Shown: positions 31,688-42,448, numbered from the stretch's first letter. The stretch: 64,000 bases of DNA from an uncultured cyanobacterium (GCA_963710605.1 CAVQBA010000002.1:96001-160000); one strand, 5' to 3'. A program made the numbers and translations. The notes: generated by a model not told the origin, from the letters alone.

Positions 31688-33915
31688 TTATTGTGCTAAG
31701 ACAAAACCTAAAAAATTGAGATTATAATTTTGGATTCTTTCTATAGCATCAACAACTGACGATTGAGAAGTTTGTTTTAACTTAACAACCATAACAATAC
31801 CTTGAGTTTTCTGAGCTAATAAACTCAAATAATGAGAATCTAAAAATGAAGAAGTATTATACAGCACCAAATTATAATCTTCAGCGATTGATTTAATTTT
31901 TGCTTGAGTTTCTTCTGCACCAAGATGTAAAGGTATATCTGAATTTTTCGTTCCCGCCGTCAAAATAGAAATACCAGTATTTGTACTAGATTTTGTCTGT
32001 TGCTCAAGTTTAGAATCGGTAACCACACCAATGGGTGAAAGTTCAGCTAAACCTTGACGAACACAATCGTTATTTAAATACCGAGATATATTTTCAGTGG
32101 GTTCACCATCAACAATTAAAACTTTTTGGTCAATATTGGCAGCCATTTGAGCTAGATTAGCACAAACACCTCCTTGACCATCATCTGGATCTAAAGAAGA
32201 AATTAAAACATATTGTTTTTCATCTGTATTCGGCAATTGAAAATGAAGATTAGCATAAACCTCAGAAATAGTGGCTTCATAAAGATGAGATTGAGAATTG
32301 TCTGCTGGCTCAACATCCTGAGACGAAGAGAAAAAATTATTTTCATCAACCAACGATTTACTCTTCTTGTTTTTAGGTAATACACCTAAAATAGGTAAAC
32401 CGAATATATATTTAACATCATTAGGTTCATAAAAAACGTCTCTTCTTTTTTCCCATAGAAATGCTATCAATAAACCTAAAACTAATCCTGCCGCAACACC
32501 AATAGCTATTTTTCTTTTAGGATCGGTTGGAGCACCTTGAGGTTGCCCTAAAGCATTTAAAGGAATTTGTGGTTCTGCTAGTATTTTCCAAGGAGATTGT
32601 TTTTGAGCTACATCAACACTTAATGCCTCTTTTTGAGAAGTTAATTGAGTTAAAACATTTGTATCTAATTCAATTTGTCTTTGTAAATCATTATATTCTT
32701 TAATCACACTAGGAATAATAGCTAACTCGCCCGCTGTTTGACGTTGATTTGCCAGTAAAGATTCATAACGAGAAGACAAAGCATCAATTTGATTTTGAGT
32801 TTCGACTAATTGGTTAATTAAACCTACACGACTAGAATCTTGATTCGTAAAAACACGAGGATTAATATCAGAAGCTACATTGTTTTCCTGTAAGATACGA
32901 CGATTTTCTTGGTTTAACAGGTTTTGAATATTATCTTTTTGTTCTCTTAAGTTGACTAATGTAGGATGATTAGAGGTTACTAGTGCTGATTGTCTGCTAT
33001 TTCAGCTTCAGTTTGTTGTAATTGACCCATTAAAGCTTGTCGTTCAGGATCTTGGCTTAATGTTGTTGCGATTAAAGCCTCTGAAGCATTTAAACCTAAA
33101 TCTTGTTGTAATTTGGTCGCTATGATATTTAATTCTTTTAGCTGTGCCTGCAAAGACGAGATTTGTTGTTTACTATTAGTATTAGCTTGAAACAGACTAT
33201 CTCCTTTAGTACTTGGTTCGATCAACTCATATTGACGTTGAATTTCTTTTTGTTTTTCTTGAAGTTGATCTATTCTATATCTAATGACAGGTACTTGTTG
33301 ATCAATAAAGTTCACTCCTGATTCTAAATTAGTTTCTCTTTCTTCTTGACCATATCTTATATATTCTTCAGCTAAAGTATTTAAAACTGTGAGTACTAAT
33401 TCAGGATCATTTCCTCTATAAGCAACAACGATTACTTTTGTTACATCATTTCTGCTTCGACTTATTTGACCTCTGGCAATAGATAAATTTGCATTAAAAG
33501 AATTCATCAAGAAAGTTTTCGGATATTGAGGGTATTTTGTACTAATTTGTGTTGCTACATCATCTAAAACTTGTCGCCCTTTGAGTACTTGAATTGTCGT
33601 CGGATAGTCAACACCGAAAAGATCTTTATTCCTTGCACCCGTACCTATTCTTGACAATACTGACGGATCAGTTAATTGTTCTTCTGTACTAATTGGTTCT
33701 AGTAACATTTCAAAATTGCCTACATATGAAGTAGGATCAACTTTAGTCCAAAAATAGGCAGGAATAGCCCCAGCGATTATAAAAGCGAGAATAACAAACC
33801 ATTTGCGTTTGAGCATCATCAGATAATACAAGAGTACATTCTTTTTGCTCTGTTCTTCCTCGGAAGAATTATTTTGCTCTACGTCCTCTATCAAAAATTG
33901 CTTTTCGTATTCCAC
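31688..33915 (-). pseudogene. Wzc/GumC-like polysaccharide co-polymerase, frameshifted near 32985
   Basis: Two TM helices flanking a coiled-coil periplasmic region, plus a degenerate C-terminal kinase-like domain; the gap 32780-32980 is open (HPTLVNLREQK). Confidence 0.8.
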
Positions 33916-34248
33916 TGTTTTAACTATTTATAAGAATAAAAATTAGGATTGGGTACTTATCTTTTAATCGATTATCATTTGATGATAAGTATTTGATTAT
34001 ATTGATTATATAAAACTGTTTAATGATAACGCTTAAATCAAAAAATCGTAATTAGAAATTAGCTTAATATTTTACTTTCAAGCAAAACTATTTTTGACGA
34101 TCGCATTTTGAGTGTTTTAATTATCAATACAGTTATCGTCATCAATTTTACAGCTAATATAATTTATACATTGTAACGGGTATTTAATATTTGCTTTTAT
34201 GCTTCAAATGCAAGTCCCTAACTATATCATTATTAGCCATAATATATT

Positions 34249-34878
34249 TTAATTGGTTTTTTGTGCTTGAATTACTTGTAAGCTTCCTCCTGCGTAAAGT
34301 CGATCGTCTATTACCGTTAATTTTGCTCCACTAAGTTTGGCTGGTAGATTCGTTCTAATTAATTGCCAAGCAGTTTCGGTTTCAAATAACCACATAAAAA
34401 TAGCTAATCCGGGCATAAATAATAAGTTATGAGGTTGATGTAAATCGATAAAAGCGAAAATTCCTTCTGGTTTTAAAACTCGATATACTTCAGCAAATAT
34501 CTGATCTAATTCTGAAGGTGTCATTTCATGTAAAGCTACACTAGTATGAACTAAATCAAAACTACAATCGTCAAAAGGTAGTTTTTGGGCTAAACCCTCA
34601 ACATAATGGGCTTGAGGAACATTTTTTTTGGCTTCTTCTAAAGCATAAACTGAAGCATCTAATCCTGTTACTTGTTTTGAATAGTTAACTAAAAATTTGG
34701 TTGTTTGCCCTTTACCACAACACAAATCTAAAATTTTACTACTTTGATTGAGAGTTAGGTTTTCTAAAGCTAATTGTCTAAACTGTTTTTCTCCACCAAC
34801 GGGAATTGCGGCCAACCGAGAAATCGTATCATAAAGCCATTGATATTTATAACTTAAAGGACGTAAAAAAGTTGCCAT
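34249..34878 (-). CDS. Class I SAM-dependent methyltransferase
   Basis: ILDLCCGKGQ, FDLVHTSVALHE and RVLKPEG. Confidence 0.9.
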   Translation of the reverse strand: MATFLRPLSYKYQWLYDTISRLAAIPVGGEKQFRQLALENLTLNQSSKILDLCCGKGQTTKFLVNYSKQVTGLDASVYALEEAKKNVPQAHYVEGLAQKLPFDDCSFDLVHTSVALHEMTPSELDQIFAEVYRVLKPEGIFAFIDLHQPHNLLFMPGLAIFMWLFETETAWQLIRTNLPAKLSGAKLTVIDDRLYAGGSLQVIQAQKTN

Positions 34879-34976
34879 ATTTAAAAAGAATTATGGGTTA
34901 GGGATTAAGTGTCAGGTGTATAAATTCTATTGTTAACTGTTAAGCGTTAAAGGTATTTTAATTAACTAATGTGCAA

Positions 34977-35270
34977 TCATAATTTAGTGGCAGTCGATCG
35001 TAAAACTTCAGGAATAATAACATCATCGCCAAATTCTAACATCGTTTCTGTCGTACCTAAATAGCCAGAATTATAGAAAAAAAGTAACATCCTGTTTAAT
35101 GCTATCCAAACTTCTGAGCTAAATTCCCAATTACTATTAATGGGTGAATAATCGCTAATTGATTTTAATGCCCAAAAATAATTATTACGAACGATCGATT
35201 TTCCTTTTTTAAATTCAGGTACATCTTCTTTGTGTAAGTAAAGTATATTGTCTTCTATCCACGCTTTCAT
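34977..35270 (-). CDS. Conserved hypothetical protein
   Basis: 97-aa ATG ORF co-oriented with neighbours (RNNYFWALKSI). Confidence 0.7.
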   Translation of the reverse strand: MKAWIEDNILYLHKEDVPEFKKGKSIVRNNYFWALKSISDYSPINSNWEFSSEVWIALNRMLLFFYNSGYLGTTETMLEFGDDVIIPEVLRSTATKL

Positions 35271-35273
35271 TAA

Positions 35274-35331
35274 GAGTTCAGAGTTAAAAGTTAAAAGTTA
35301 AAAGTTAAAAGTTAAAAGTTAGGAGTTAAAA
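35274..35331. repeat. Heptamer tandem repeat (AAGTTAA)n
   Basis: Direct reading. Confidence 0.85.
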
Positions 35332-35402
35332 ATTGACAAACAATGAAAATATTTGACTCTTAATCATTAATTATCAACTATCAACCATCAACTATCAACT
35401 AT

Positions 35403-35873
35403 TTAAAGGCGATTAACCAAATCTCTTGCTCGAGTGATTGTCTCAGGAAACACGCCAACCATTGAAGCAAAAATATGATCAGGCACTTTAGCCGCAGTTT
35501 GAGCATCAAACCAGTTTTCAAACTGATTGAGAATTACCTGTGCCCTTTGATTAGGAATAGGATTATCAGTAATTTGCTTAATCAGTCTAACCCACTGTCT
35601 TCTGATTAAATAACTTCTATGTCTTTGCTCATGATTAGTTGGTTTAAGTAAAGACAACTTTCCTACCGAAATCACATCTTGTAAATCTTGATCGAAACAG
35701 CCACCAATAATTGAACCAGGTCCTGCGAAATCTGTATAATAAGTTTTGACCAAAATCAGACCATTTTTTTTCTGAGGATTAATCAATAAAAGATTTTTGT
35801 TTTGTAAAAATTCGTTAAGATCGTATTCTTCTGGCAAATCAACATTATTCGTGGACATAATCTCATTATTCAA
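35403..35873 (-). CDS. Conserved cyanobacterial protein, remote CRP-like architecture
   Basis: DFAGPGSIIG and C-terminal HTH-like FASMVGVFPETI. Confidence 0.6.
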   Translation of the reverse strand: MNNEIMSTNNVDLPEEYDLNEFLQNKNLLLINPQKKNGLILVKTYYTDFAGPGSIIGGCFDQDLQDVISVGKLSLLKPTNHEQRHRSYLIRRQWVRLIKQITDNPIPNQRAQVILNQFENWFDAQTAAKVPDHIFASMVGVFPETITRARDLVNRL

Positions 35874-36504
35874 AAGATTTGGTAAGAAGTAAGCGACGTT
35901 TACTCGTCACAAATAAGCTATATAAATCAGTTTCTACTTGTTTAATATCATACCCGTTTTTTTGATATAGTTCTTGAGCGGGTTTGTTACTGGCTAAAAC
36001 ATGAAGTGATATTTGTTTAAAATCTTTTTGTTTGGCTATTTGTTCGCACTGGACTAGTAATTTGTGAGCAACACCTTGACGGCGATAGTTTTTACATACT
36101 GCTAAATTAGCAATATAAGCATATTTTTGATGATTATACCAATGTGAACGACTCCGAAAAGATAATTCAACAGTACCAACTACATTTTGGCATATTTTAC
36201 CGGCTATTTTCGTCATCATAACTGCAACTAGACAACAACGATCGGCTTCATTCGACTCTGCACGAGCTTGCTCTTGAAAACTATTGTTTTGCAAACGACT
36301 TCGTAAATCTTGAGAAATTCCTAGTTTAAATAAAGGATAAGTCCATAAAGTCAAATCGTTGAAATTATTAAAACTAAGAGTCAAAATTTCGGCTATCTGA
36401 GATACATCATCTAAACGAGCAGGACGAACGATCGTCGTTGATGATAGGTTAGGAGAAGAATAAACGGATGAATGAGGAAAATTAAACCAAGATGATTGCA
36501 CCAT
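35866..36504 (-). CDS. GNAT family N-acetyltransferase
   Basis: YIANLAV..YRRQGVA and LHVLASN..AQELYQKNGY; ATG at 36504 preferred. Confidence 0.9.
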   Translation of the reverse strand: MVQSSWFNFPHSSVYSSPNLSSTTIVRPARLDDVSQIAEILTLSFNNFNDLTLWTYPLFKLGISQDLRSRLQNNSFQEQARAESNEADRCCLVAVMMTKIAGKICQNVVGTVELSFRSRSHWYNHQKYAYIANLAVCKNYRRQGVAHKLLVQCEQIAKQKDFKQISLHVLASNKPAQELYQKNGYDIKQVETDLYSLFVTSKRRLLLTKSFE

Positions 36505-36664
36505 TGACGCTCGATAATTTTGATTAGTTAAGCAAAAGGTAAAAAGTAGCAGAATACAAGATAAGATCAAGTTTGATTTTCAGAAAAAATTAACTCTAAT
36601 ATAGATGATATTTTTAGTTAAAATTAAAATCTGTCTTAAATATAAATAATTTGCTCAATAAATA

Positions 36665-37216
36665 ATGACAACAAATAATTCAATTTATCGACAAGAAATA
36701 ACGGGTTCAAGACGTTTTAGTAATTTATGGTGGGCAGTAGTGGTTACCATAGGCGGAGTTGGTTTTTTATTAGCTGGTTTATCTAGTTATTTTCATACTA
36801 ACTTTTTATTGGTTAGTGATACATCAAATTTACAATTTGTACCTCAGGGAATCGCTTTAACTTTTTATGGAGTTGCCGCTATTTTGCTTGCTACTTATTT
36901 ATGGTTAATGATTTTTTTAGATGTTGGTGGCGGCTATAACGAATTTAACAAAGAAAAGGGTAAAGTGACAATCTTTCGTGCCGGTTTTTTGGGTAAAAAT
37001 CGTCGCATAGAATTAGTTTATAATCTTAAAGACGTACAAGCGGTTAGAGCAGAAATAAAAGACGGTTTAAACCCTAAAAGAACCTTATATTTAAGAGTTA
37101 AGCCTAAAATAGATATTCCCCTAAGCCCTGTAGGTGAACCAATGGCTTTGTCTAAATTAGAAAATCAAGGTGCTGAGTTGGCTCGTTTTCTAACAGTACC
37201 TTTAGAAGGACTGTAA
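36665..37216 (+). CDS. ycf4: Photosystem I assembly protein Ycf4
   Basis: GSRRFSNLWWA, FVPQGI..FYG, GKNRRI and AELARFL.VP. Confidence 0.96.
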   Translation: MTTNNSIYRQEITGSRRFSNLWWAVVVTIGGVGFLLAGLSSYFHTNFLLVSDTSNLQFVPQGIALTFYGVAAILLATYLWLMIFLDVGGGYNEFNKEKGKVTIFRAGFLGKNRRIELVYNLKDVQAVRAEIKDGLNPKRTLYLRVKPKIDIPLSPVGEPMALSKLENQGAELARFLTVPLEGL

Positions 37217-37400
37217 ATAGTTAATAGTTAACAGTTAACAGTTAATAGTTGATTATTTTTAATGACTTGTTCAAACAACCAAACAAAATAGTAACATTTG
37301 TATCAAGAGCGAAAATATAACCATTGAACTTGATTTTTTAATAATATTCAAACCTTCTGACTATAATCAAAAAGGTCAGTTACTTATCACTCTATTAATT

Positions 37401-38177
37401 ATGACGAGTCTTTCCCGAAGTTGGAGTATGATTGTGGTTTTATGCTTAATCACTTTCATTACTTTATCGGCATGTGAATCTGTTGAAGATACTGCCAACA
37501 AGCAAACAGAAAATAATACTACTAATCCAGATTTAGTTGTCTCCGAAAACAACAATACTAATAATACAAATCAAATTATGAATTTACCTAAGTTAGAAGG
37601 CAAAGCAACAGTAATCATGAAAGTAAATGGTGAACCAATCACGATCGAAGTTGATGGTGACAATGCCCCAATTACAGCAGGTAACTTTGTTGATTTAGTC
37701 AAAAAAGGTGTTTATAATGGTTCAGCTTTCCATCGTGTGGTTAAAGAGCCTCAGCCTTTTGTTGCCCAAGGAGGAGATCCTCAGAGTACAAATAAAGATG
37801 TTCCTGTTTCGGCTTTAGGTACTGGTAGTTATACCGATCCTCAAACTGGTTCTCCTCGTTATGTTCCTTTAGAAATTCGTCCAGCTTACGATGAGACTGT
37901 AGAAGGTGTTGAACTACCTGAAATTGTTTACGGCAAGACTATCAATCAACCTCCGCAGTTAAAACACGATTATGGTGTAATTGCCATGGCTCGTTCTCAA
38001 ATGCCTGATTCTGCTTCTGCTCAGTTTTATTTCACTTTAGCTGATGTCAATTTCCTTGATGGTAGTTATGCGGTTTTTGGTAAAGTTACCGAAGGAATGG
38101 ATATTGTGGAAAAAATTAAACAAGGCGATCGTATTGATTCTGCCGAAATAGTTAGTGGTGGGGATAATCTTAAATAG
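37401..38177 (+). CDS. Cyclophilin-type peptidyl-prolyl isomerase, lipoprotein
   Basis: [33 protein letters not shown] and YAVFGKV; LSAC lipobox. Confidence 0.92.
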   Translation: MTSLSRSWSMIVVLCLITFITLSACESVEDTANKQTENNTTNPDLVVSENNNTNNTNQIMNLPKLEGKATVIMKVNGEPITIEVDGDNAPITAGNFVDLVKKGVYNGSAFHRVVKEPQPFVAQGGDPQSTNKDVPVSALGTGSYTDPQTGSPRYVPLEIRPAYDETVEGVELPEIVYGKTINQPPQLKHDYGVIAMARSQMPDSASAQFYFTLADVNFLDGSYAVFGKVTEGMDIVEKIKQGDRIDSAEIVSGGDNLK

Positions 38178-38198
38178 AATAATTAGTTAGTAGTGACT

Positions 38199-38246
38199 AA
38201 TAGGGAATAGGGAATAGGGAATAGGGAATAGGGAATAGAGAATAGG
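38199..38246. repeat. Heptamer tandem repeat (AATAGGG)n
   Basis: Direct reading; complementary array at 60512-60543. Confidence 0.85.
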
Positions 38247-38385
38247 TAGCAAATTTCGTGTTTCTCAACTCTTAACTCTTAACTGTCGAGGCTTTTAACA
38301 CCTGACACTTAATACCTGATGACTATTAATCAAGTTGTAACTACTATACTAAGAGCCATTTTTTGAGTGTTTTTAAGTTAAAAAA

Positions 38386-38437
38386 AGTTTAATTTATTAA
38401 ACGAATTATATTAGCCCTGAATGATAATTCGGGGCGA
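38386..38437 (+). repeat. Dispersed double-hairpin repeat, copy 3
   Basis: AGTTTAATTTATTAAACG...TTAGCCCTGAATGATAATTCGGGGCG. Confidence 0.65.
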
Positions 38438-38553
38438 GTGTAGAATTATAATTGAGAATTGAGAGATAAAAAAAAGAACTCTCAACCGAACACTTCTAAC
38501 TTTTAACTCTTAAGGTTATCGACTATATTTGTTCCTTTTAAATCAATTAACTA

Positions 38554-39739
38554 ATGGTTAAAGTTGTTGTTACAGGTATTTCTCTTCAGATCGTGTCTAG
38601 GAGATGCACAAGCTACTTTCTCAGCTATTAGTCAAAAAAAAACAGGTTTAAAAATAGTTCAGCCTTTTGATTTTTTAGCTCCATTACCTTTAGGTTTAAT
38701 TGATGGTTAACCAACACAATCAGCACATTTAACTCTCAAGTTGATACAAGCTTTATCCTTAGATAGTAAAATCAATTTTCCTAACTCGAAGATAGGAGTT
38801 GTGATTGGTTCGAGTCGTGGTTGTCAAAGTCAGTGGGAACAGTTTTTACAAACACCTAGCTTAAATAGTAATCAGCAGTCTGTTTTAAATTCGTTTTCTT
38901 CACCACAAAATCAAACGTATTCGTGGCTAGAAACATTACCTTATCAACCTGCGACTATTTGTGCTAATTTTTTGGGTGCATTAGGAATAGTTTCTTCTCC
39001 TGCTAATGCTTGTGCTACTGGTTTAGTGGCGATCGCTCAAGGTTATGAATTGATTCAACAACAAAGATGTAGCCAAGTGGTTGTGGGAGCAGTTGAAACA
39101 CCTGTTACTCCTTTAACAATTGCTGGGTTTACAAAGATGAAAGCATTAGCTAAACAAAAATGTGATCCTTTTGGGAAACTAAGAGATGGTTTTGTTTTAG
39201 CAGAAGGAGGTGCAATGTTACTGCTAGAAAGTGAGGATTCGGCAATTGCTCGTCAAGCCAAAATTTATGGTGAAATATTAGGTTGGGGTATGACTTGCGA
39301 TGCACAGGCAATGACAGCCCCATCAAATCAAATCAATTCTGCGGTTAAAGCGATTGAACAATGTTTAAAAGTTGCACATCTTCAGCCTAATCAAATTGAT
39401 TATATTCATGCTCATGGTACAGGTACAATCCTTAACGATCAACAAGAAGCGAAAATTATTAGTCATTTATTTAGTCATTCTCCTTATATCAGCTCGAGTA
39501 AAAGTAATACAGGTCATACTTTAGGTGCTTCAGGAGCGATCGCTTCGGCATTAAGTTTACTTTCTCTTCAACAACAAATTGTACTCCCACATCTTAATTA
39601 CTCCCCTACTAATTTTAATTTGAATCTTGCTTCACAAGCTTCTTGTGTTGATTCAATTGAAAATCTTCTTTGTTTTAGTTTTGGCTTTGGCGGACAAAAT
39701 GTCATTATTGCGATCACGCAGTGGCAGGCGCGCGCCTGA
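38554..39739 (+). pseudogene. Beta-ketoacyl-ACP synthase (FabF-like paralogue), 5' part disrupted
   Basis: ATG at 38554 (MVKVVVTGI), frameshift near 38587, in-frame TAA at 38708; ACATG, HAHGTGT, GHTLGASG and SFGFGG downstream. Confidence 0.8.
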
Positions 39740-40121
39740 TCGGAAAATACAATAACCGTAGTTAAAAATTGTTAATTACGATTAAAAGCAATAAGGGAAA
39801 GCTAATTAAGACAGGGAATTTTCTACTCATATACAAGAATCTATCCCACTATTATCAAAAAATAGATTGAAATAGAAAACGATCGACTCGCCATTATCTA
39901 TTACTATTTGTGAAAAGTAACCATTGCCAAAATCCCAATCGTTACGCTAGCTTCATTGGAAAGATTACCATCTTTATCTTCGCTATGTGTAGGTAAATCG
40001 ATCGATTCCCACAAATTCGCTGTTAGGTTGATAGTCAACTATGCCTTGTGAATTAACTGTGATAACGCCGTTATTTGGTTGGCTAGTTATTTGTCAGCTA
40101 TTAGGTATTAATGTACCATCA

Positions 40122-40226
40122 CGATCGGCTGAAGCCGGCGCTGCTCGCGATCGCTATCGTTAGCTAAGACATCGATGGCGATATTTTCTCCTTGCTCGAT
40201 CGGCTGAAGCCGGCACTGCGCGATCG
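40122..40226. repeat. Two tiny HIP1-associated inserts (26 and 24 bp)
   Basis: CGATCGGCTGAAGCCGGC at 40122 and 40197, each followed by a second CGATCG (40148, 40221). Confidence 0.7.
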
Positions 40227-40375
40227 AGATTAAATCATTAAGGGCTAATGGAGCGGTAACGGACTGATTGTCAATTTTGACGTAATCGAGGTTGGTGTTG
40301 TTACTAATGGCAAAGTCACCGTTAAGAATTTCTGCCATTAATCCACTAGAGGTTAGAGAGGCAGTGAGGGAGATT

Positions 40376-40474
40376 CCCCCCTCTCCTTCGGAAGGAGAGG
40401 GGCTGGGGGTGAGGTTGAAAGCGTTGGGTTCAACCCCTCTGCCTATTATCGGCATCTCCCCTTCTAAGGGGAGA
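40376..40474. repeat. Two GC-rich palindromic REP-like repeats
   Basis: CCCCTCTCCTTC-G-GAAGGAGAGGGGctgggggtgagg and TCTCCCCTT-ct-AAGGGGAGA. Confidence 0.7.
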
Positions 40475-40876
40475 ACAGTAGAGCTATTATAAGGAATTAA
40501 GGTGTGGTAAGTATCTGTTTTTGTATTTTGAATAGCATTAAGTATTAATACGTTGATATCGGAAGGAAGTTTACGGATACCAGGGGCTATATGGTTCTTT
40601 AGTAAGTCGTGGGGATGAGCTTGTTTGTCTAATTTTTTGTTGGCAAAGGGAGTTTCATCGATAAACCAACCTAAACCGTTGGCGTTATGATCGATTTTAA
40701 TAATACCTGCGTTAGGTTTACCCTCGGAGTCAGAAACTTGTAATGGTGGCTTCTGCTAGTTGTCCTGTGGGTAAGTCTTTTATTTCATAAGTGATATCGA
40801 TATCTGTTTGAGGTAAGAGAGTTGACCAGATGTGGTTTACGCTGTTATTTAGTTGATGAATCGTTTGGAGATTAGA

Positions 40877-41656
40877 ATGATGGACAGAGAAGAATTTTTT
40901 AGAAGGTATGATGCTGGGGAAAGGAATTTTATGGGTTACAGTGGAAGTATTGGCTCGTGCCTCGGAAATCTGAATGGTATCAATCTCCAAAATGCCATTT
41001 TGTTGAATAATTCCTTGGACCAATCTTTTTTGATTAATGCCAACTTGAGTCATGTTAATTTTGAAGGCTCCGACTTGGTTGGATGTTTCTTCAACAATTC
41101 TAATTTCAGGAATGCTAATTTGAGGAATTGTGACTTGACTGGTGCTGACTTGACTGGTGCTGACTTGACTGGTGCTGACTTGACTGGTGCTGACTTGACT
41201 GGTGCCTTCTTGCTCGATACCAATCTTACAGGAGCTAACATTACCAATGTTAAGACAAGTGGAACTATCTTTCACGAAACTATCATGCCTGATGGAAGAA
41301 TCAGTCATAAGAGTTCTCATGTTTTGGACGGAAAGGAATTGCTTAAACGTTGTCGGAAAGGTGAAACCTATTTTTCTTCCTTTATTTTGTACAAAGCCAA
41401 TTTGAATCAGACTAGTTTGAGTTCTATTACTCTCCCTTGGAGATGTATTAGAGTCAATTTTAGAAGAGTGAGCTTTGTTAATATTGACATCATTGCTAAT
41501 AATTTTGTTTTGTGTGATTTCAGGAAAGCTAATTTTAGTAGAGCGAATCTTTGGAATGGTAATTTCGCTTGTTGTGATTTCAGAGAAATTATTGGAAGTG
41601 AACAAATCAGAGGGAGTGACAGCGATGCCTTTATTTTCATTGATTGTACTAAGTAA
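40877..41656 (+). CDS. Pentapeptide repeat protein with two EELL.RY..GER.F-type modules
   Basis: GGAG at 40867 before ATG 40877; MDREEFFRRYDAGERNF, (A)DLTG x5, TIMPDG and second module LDGKELLKRCRKGETYF. Confidence 0.85.
   Translation: MMDREEFFRRYDAGERNFMGYSGSIGSCLGNLNGINLQNAILLNNSLDQSFLINANLSHVNFEGSDLVGCFFNNSNFRNANLRNCDLTGADLTGADLTGADLTGADLTGAFLLDTNLTGANITNVKTSGTIFHETIMPDGRISHKSSHVLDGKELLKRCRKGETYFSSFILYKANLNQTSLSSITLPWRCIRVNFRRVSFVNIDIIANNFVLCDFRKANFSRANLWNGNFACCDFREIIGSEQIRGSDSDAFIFIDCTK
41131..41205 (+). repeat. Perfect 15-bp tandem repeat x5 (TGACTTGACTGGTGC)
   Basis: Direct reading; encodes DLTGA on + and QVSTS on -. Confidence 0.95.
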
Positions 41657-41715
41657 GCGTGCTGAGGGGTCATTAAATCTTGAAGGGTTACTATTTTTGA
41701 GTGCGATCGTATCTC

Positions 41716-41780
41716 TTGTAGGGTGCGTTCTATTAAACCGTTACATATTTAAGACCATCCCATATAACAGAGAACGCACC
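41716..41780 (+). repeat. GTAG-type REP element
   Basis: GTAG foot, then GGTGCGTTCT ... AGAACGCACC inverted repeat. Confidence 0.75.
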
Positions 41781-41788
41781 ACCGTTGT

Positions 41789-42340
41789 TTATTCATTAAC
41801 GATTTCTTGAGGTATTTGTGGTATGTTATCTACTCCCCAATTAGACGGATAAATTCCTTGAGCAATAAAGCGATGAATGGTTGAAAACTGCCAATCTTTC
41901 TTGTGCCGATCGACATAATTGATGACGAACCGAATTATAATGTATCTAATCACAATGTCGAGCAAAATCTTTTTCATCTCTAATCAAATGCTCTCAAAAT
42001 CTTCTTGCCAAAGATTACTTTCTTTTCGTTTTTGTCTTGAAGCAGAAATATTTCTCTTGATGCCTAATTGTTGAGCGTAATGTTTGCTGACAAATGTTTT
42101 GATTAAACGAATACGAGTAGATAAATCCCCATCCCCTTGTGGAAGAGTCCATACACAATGAAAATGCTCTGGTAACAAAACAAAAGCATCAATGGAAAAA
42201 GGATATTTTTGACGTACTTTATCGATCGCCTCTCTCAGAGCCTTCCGTGCAATTTTACCATACACGTTGTCTTTGGTAAGTTACTTGGGTAATAAAATAA
42301 GTACCACCACGAAGAATTGATACGTCAATATTTAGGCTGA
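41789..42340 (-). mobile_element. REP-associated tyrosine transposase (RAYT) pseudogene
   Basis: GGTYFITQVTYQR, AFVLLPEHFH (HUH), LWQ, YIHYN and WQFSTIHR in shifted frames; flanked by REP copies. Confidence 0.85.
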
Positions 42341-42432
42341 AAAAGTATATTTAATTTTTATAATTTGATCGTTTTCTATTTTAAAGGAAAGAATTTTGAA
42401 GAGACAAAAAGGTCGATTACGATCGTCGCAGA

Positions 42433-42448
42433 TTGTAGGGTGCGTTCT
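42433..42448 (+). repeat. Half REP, TTGTAGGGTGCGTTCT
   Basis: Identical 16-mer at 41716-41731. Confidence 0.7.

Larger units (their letters stand above)
39930..41740 (-). pseudogene. Decayed large extracellular protein with an Ig-like (tandem-95/Big_9-like) domain
   Basis: Fragments KDLPTGQLAEATIT / GKPNAGIIKIDHNANGLGWFIDETP / PGIRKLPSD / ILNGDF / IDVLANDSD / YQPNSEFVGIDRFTYT across several frames. Confidence 0.65.

Noticed and set aside
29071-32385. Small overlapping ORFs at 29071, 30394, 30999 and 32203
   Set aside because: Short shadows of SulP, WecB and Wzc that do not extend into independent protein-like sequence
40292-41810. Other small ORFs at 40292, 41050, 41202, 41407 and 41475
   Set aside because: By-products of repeats and the stop-poor dual-coding region
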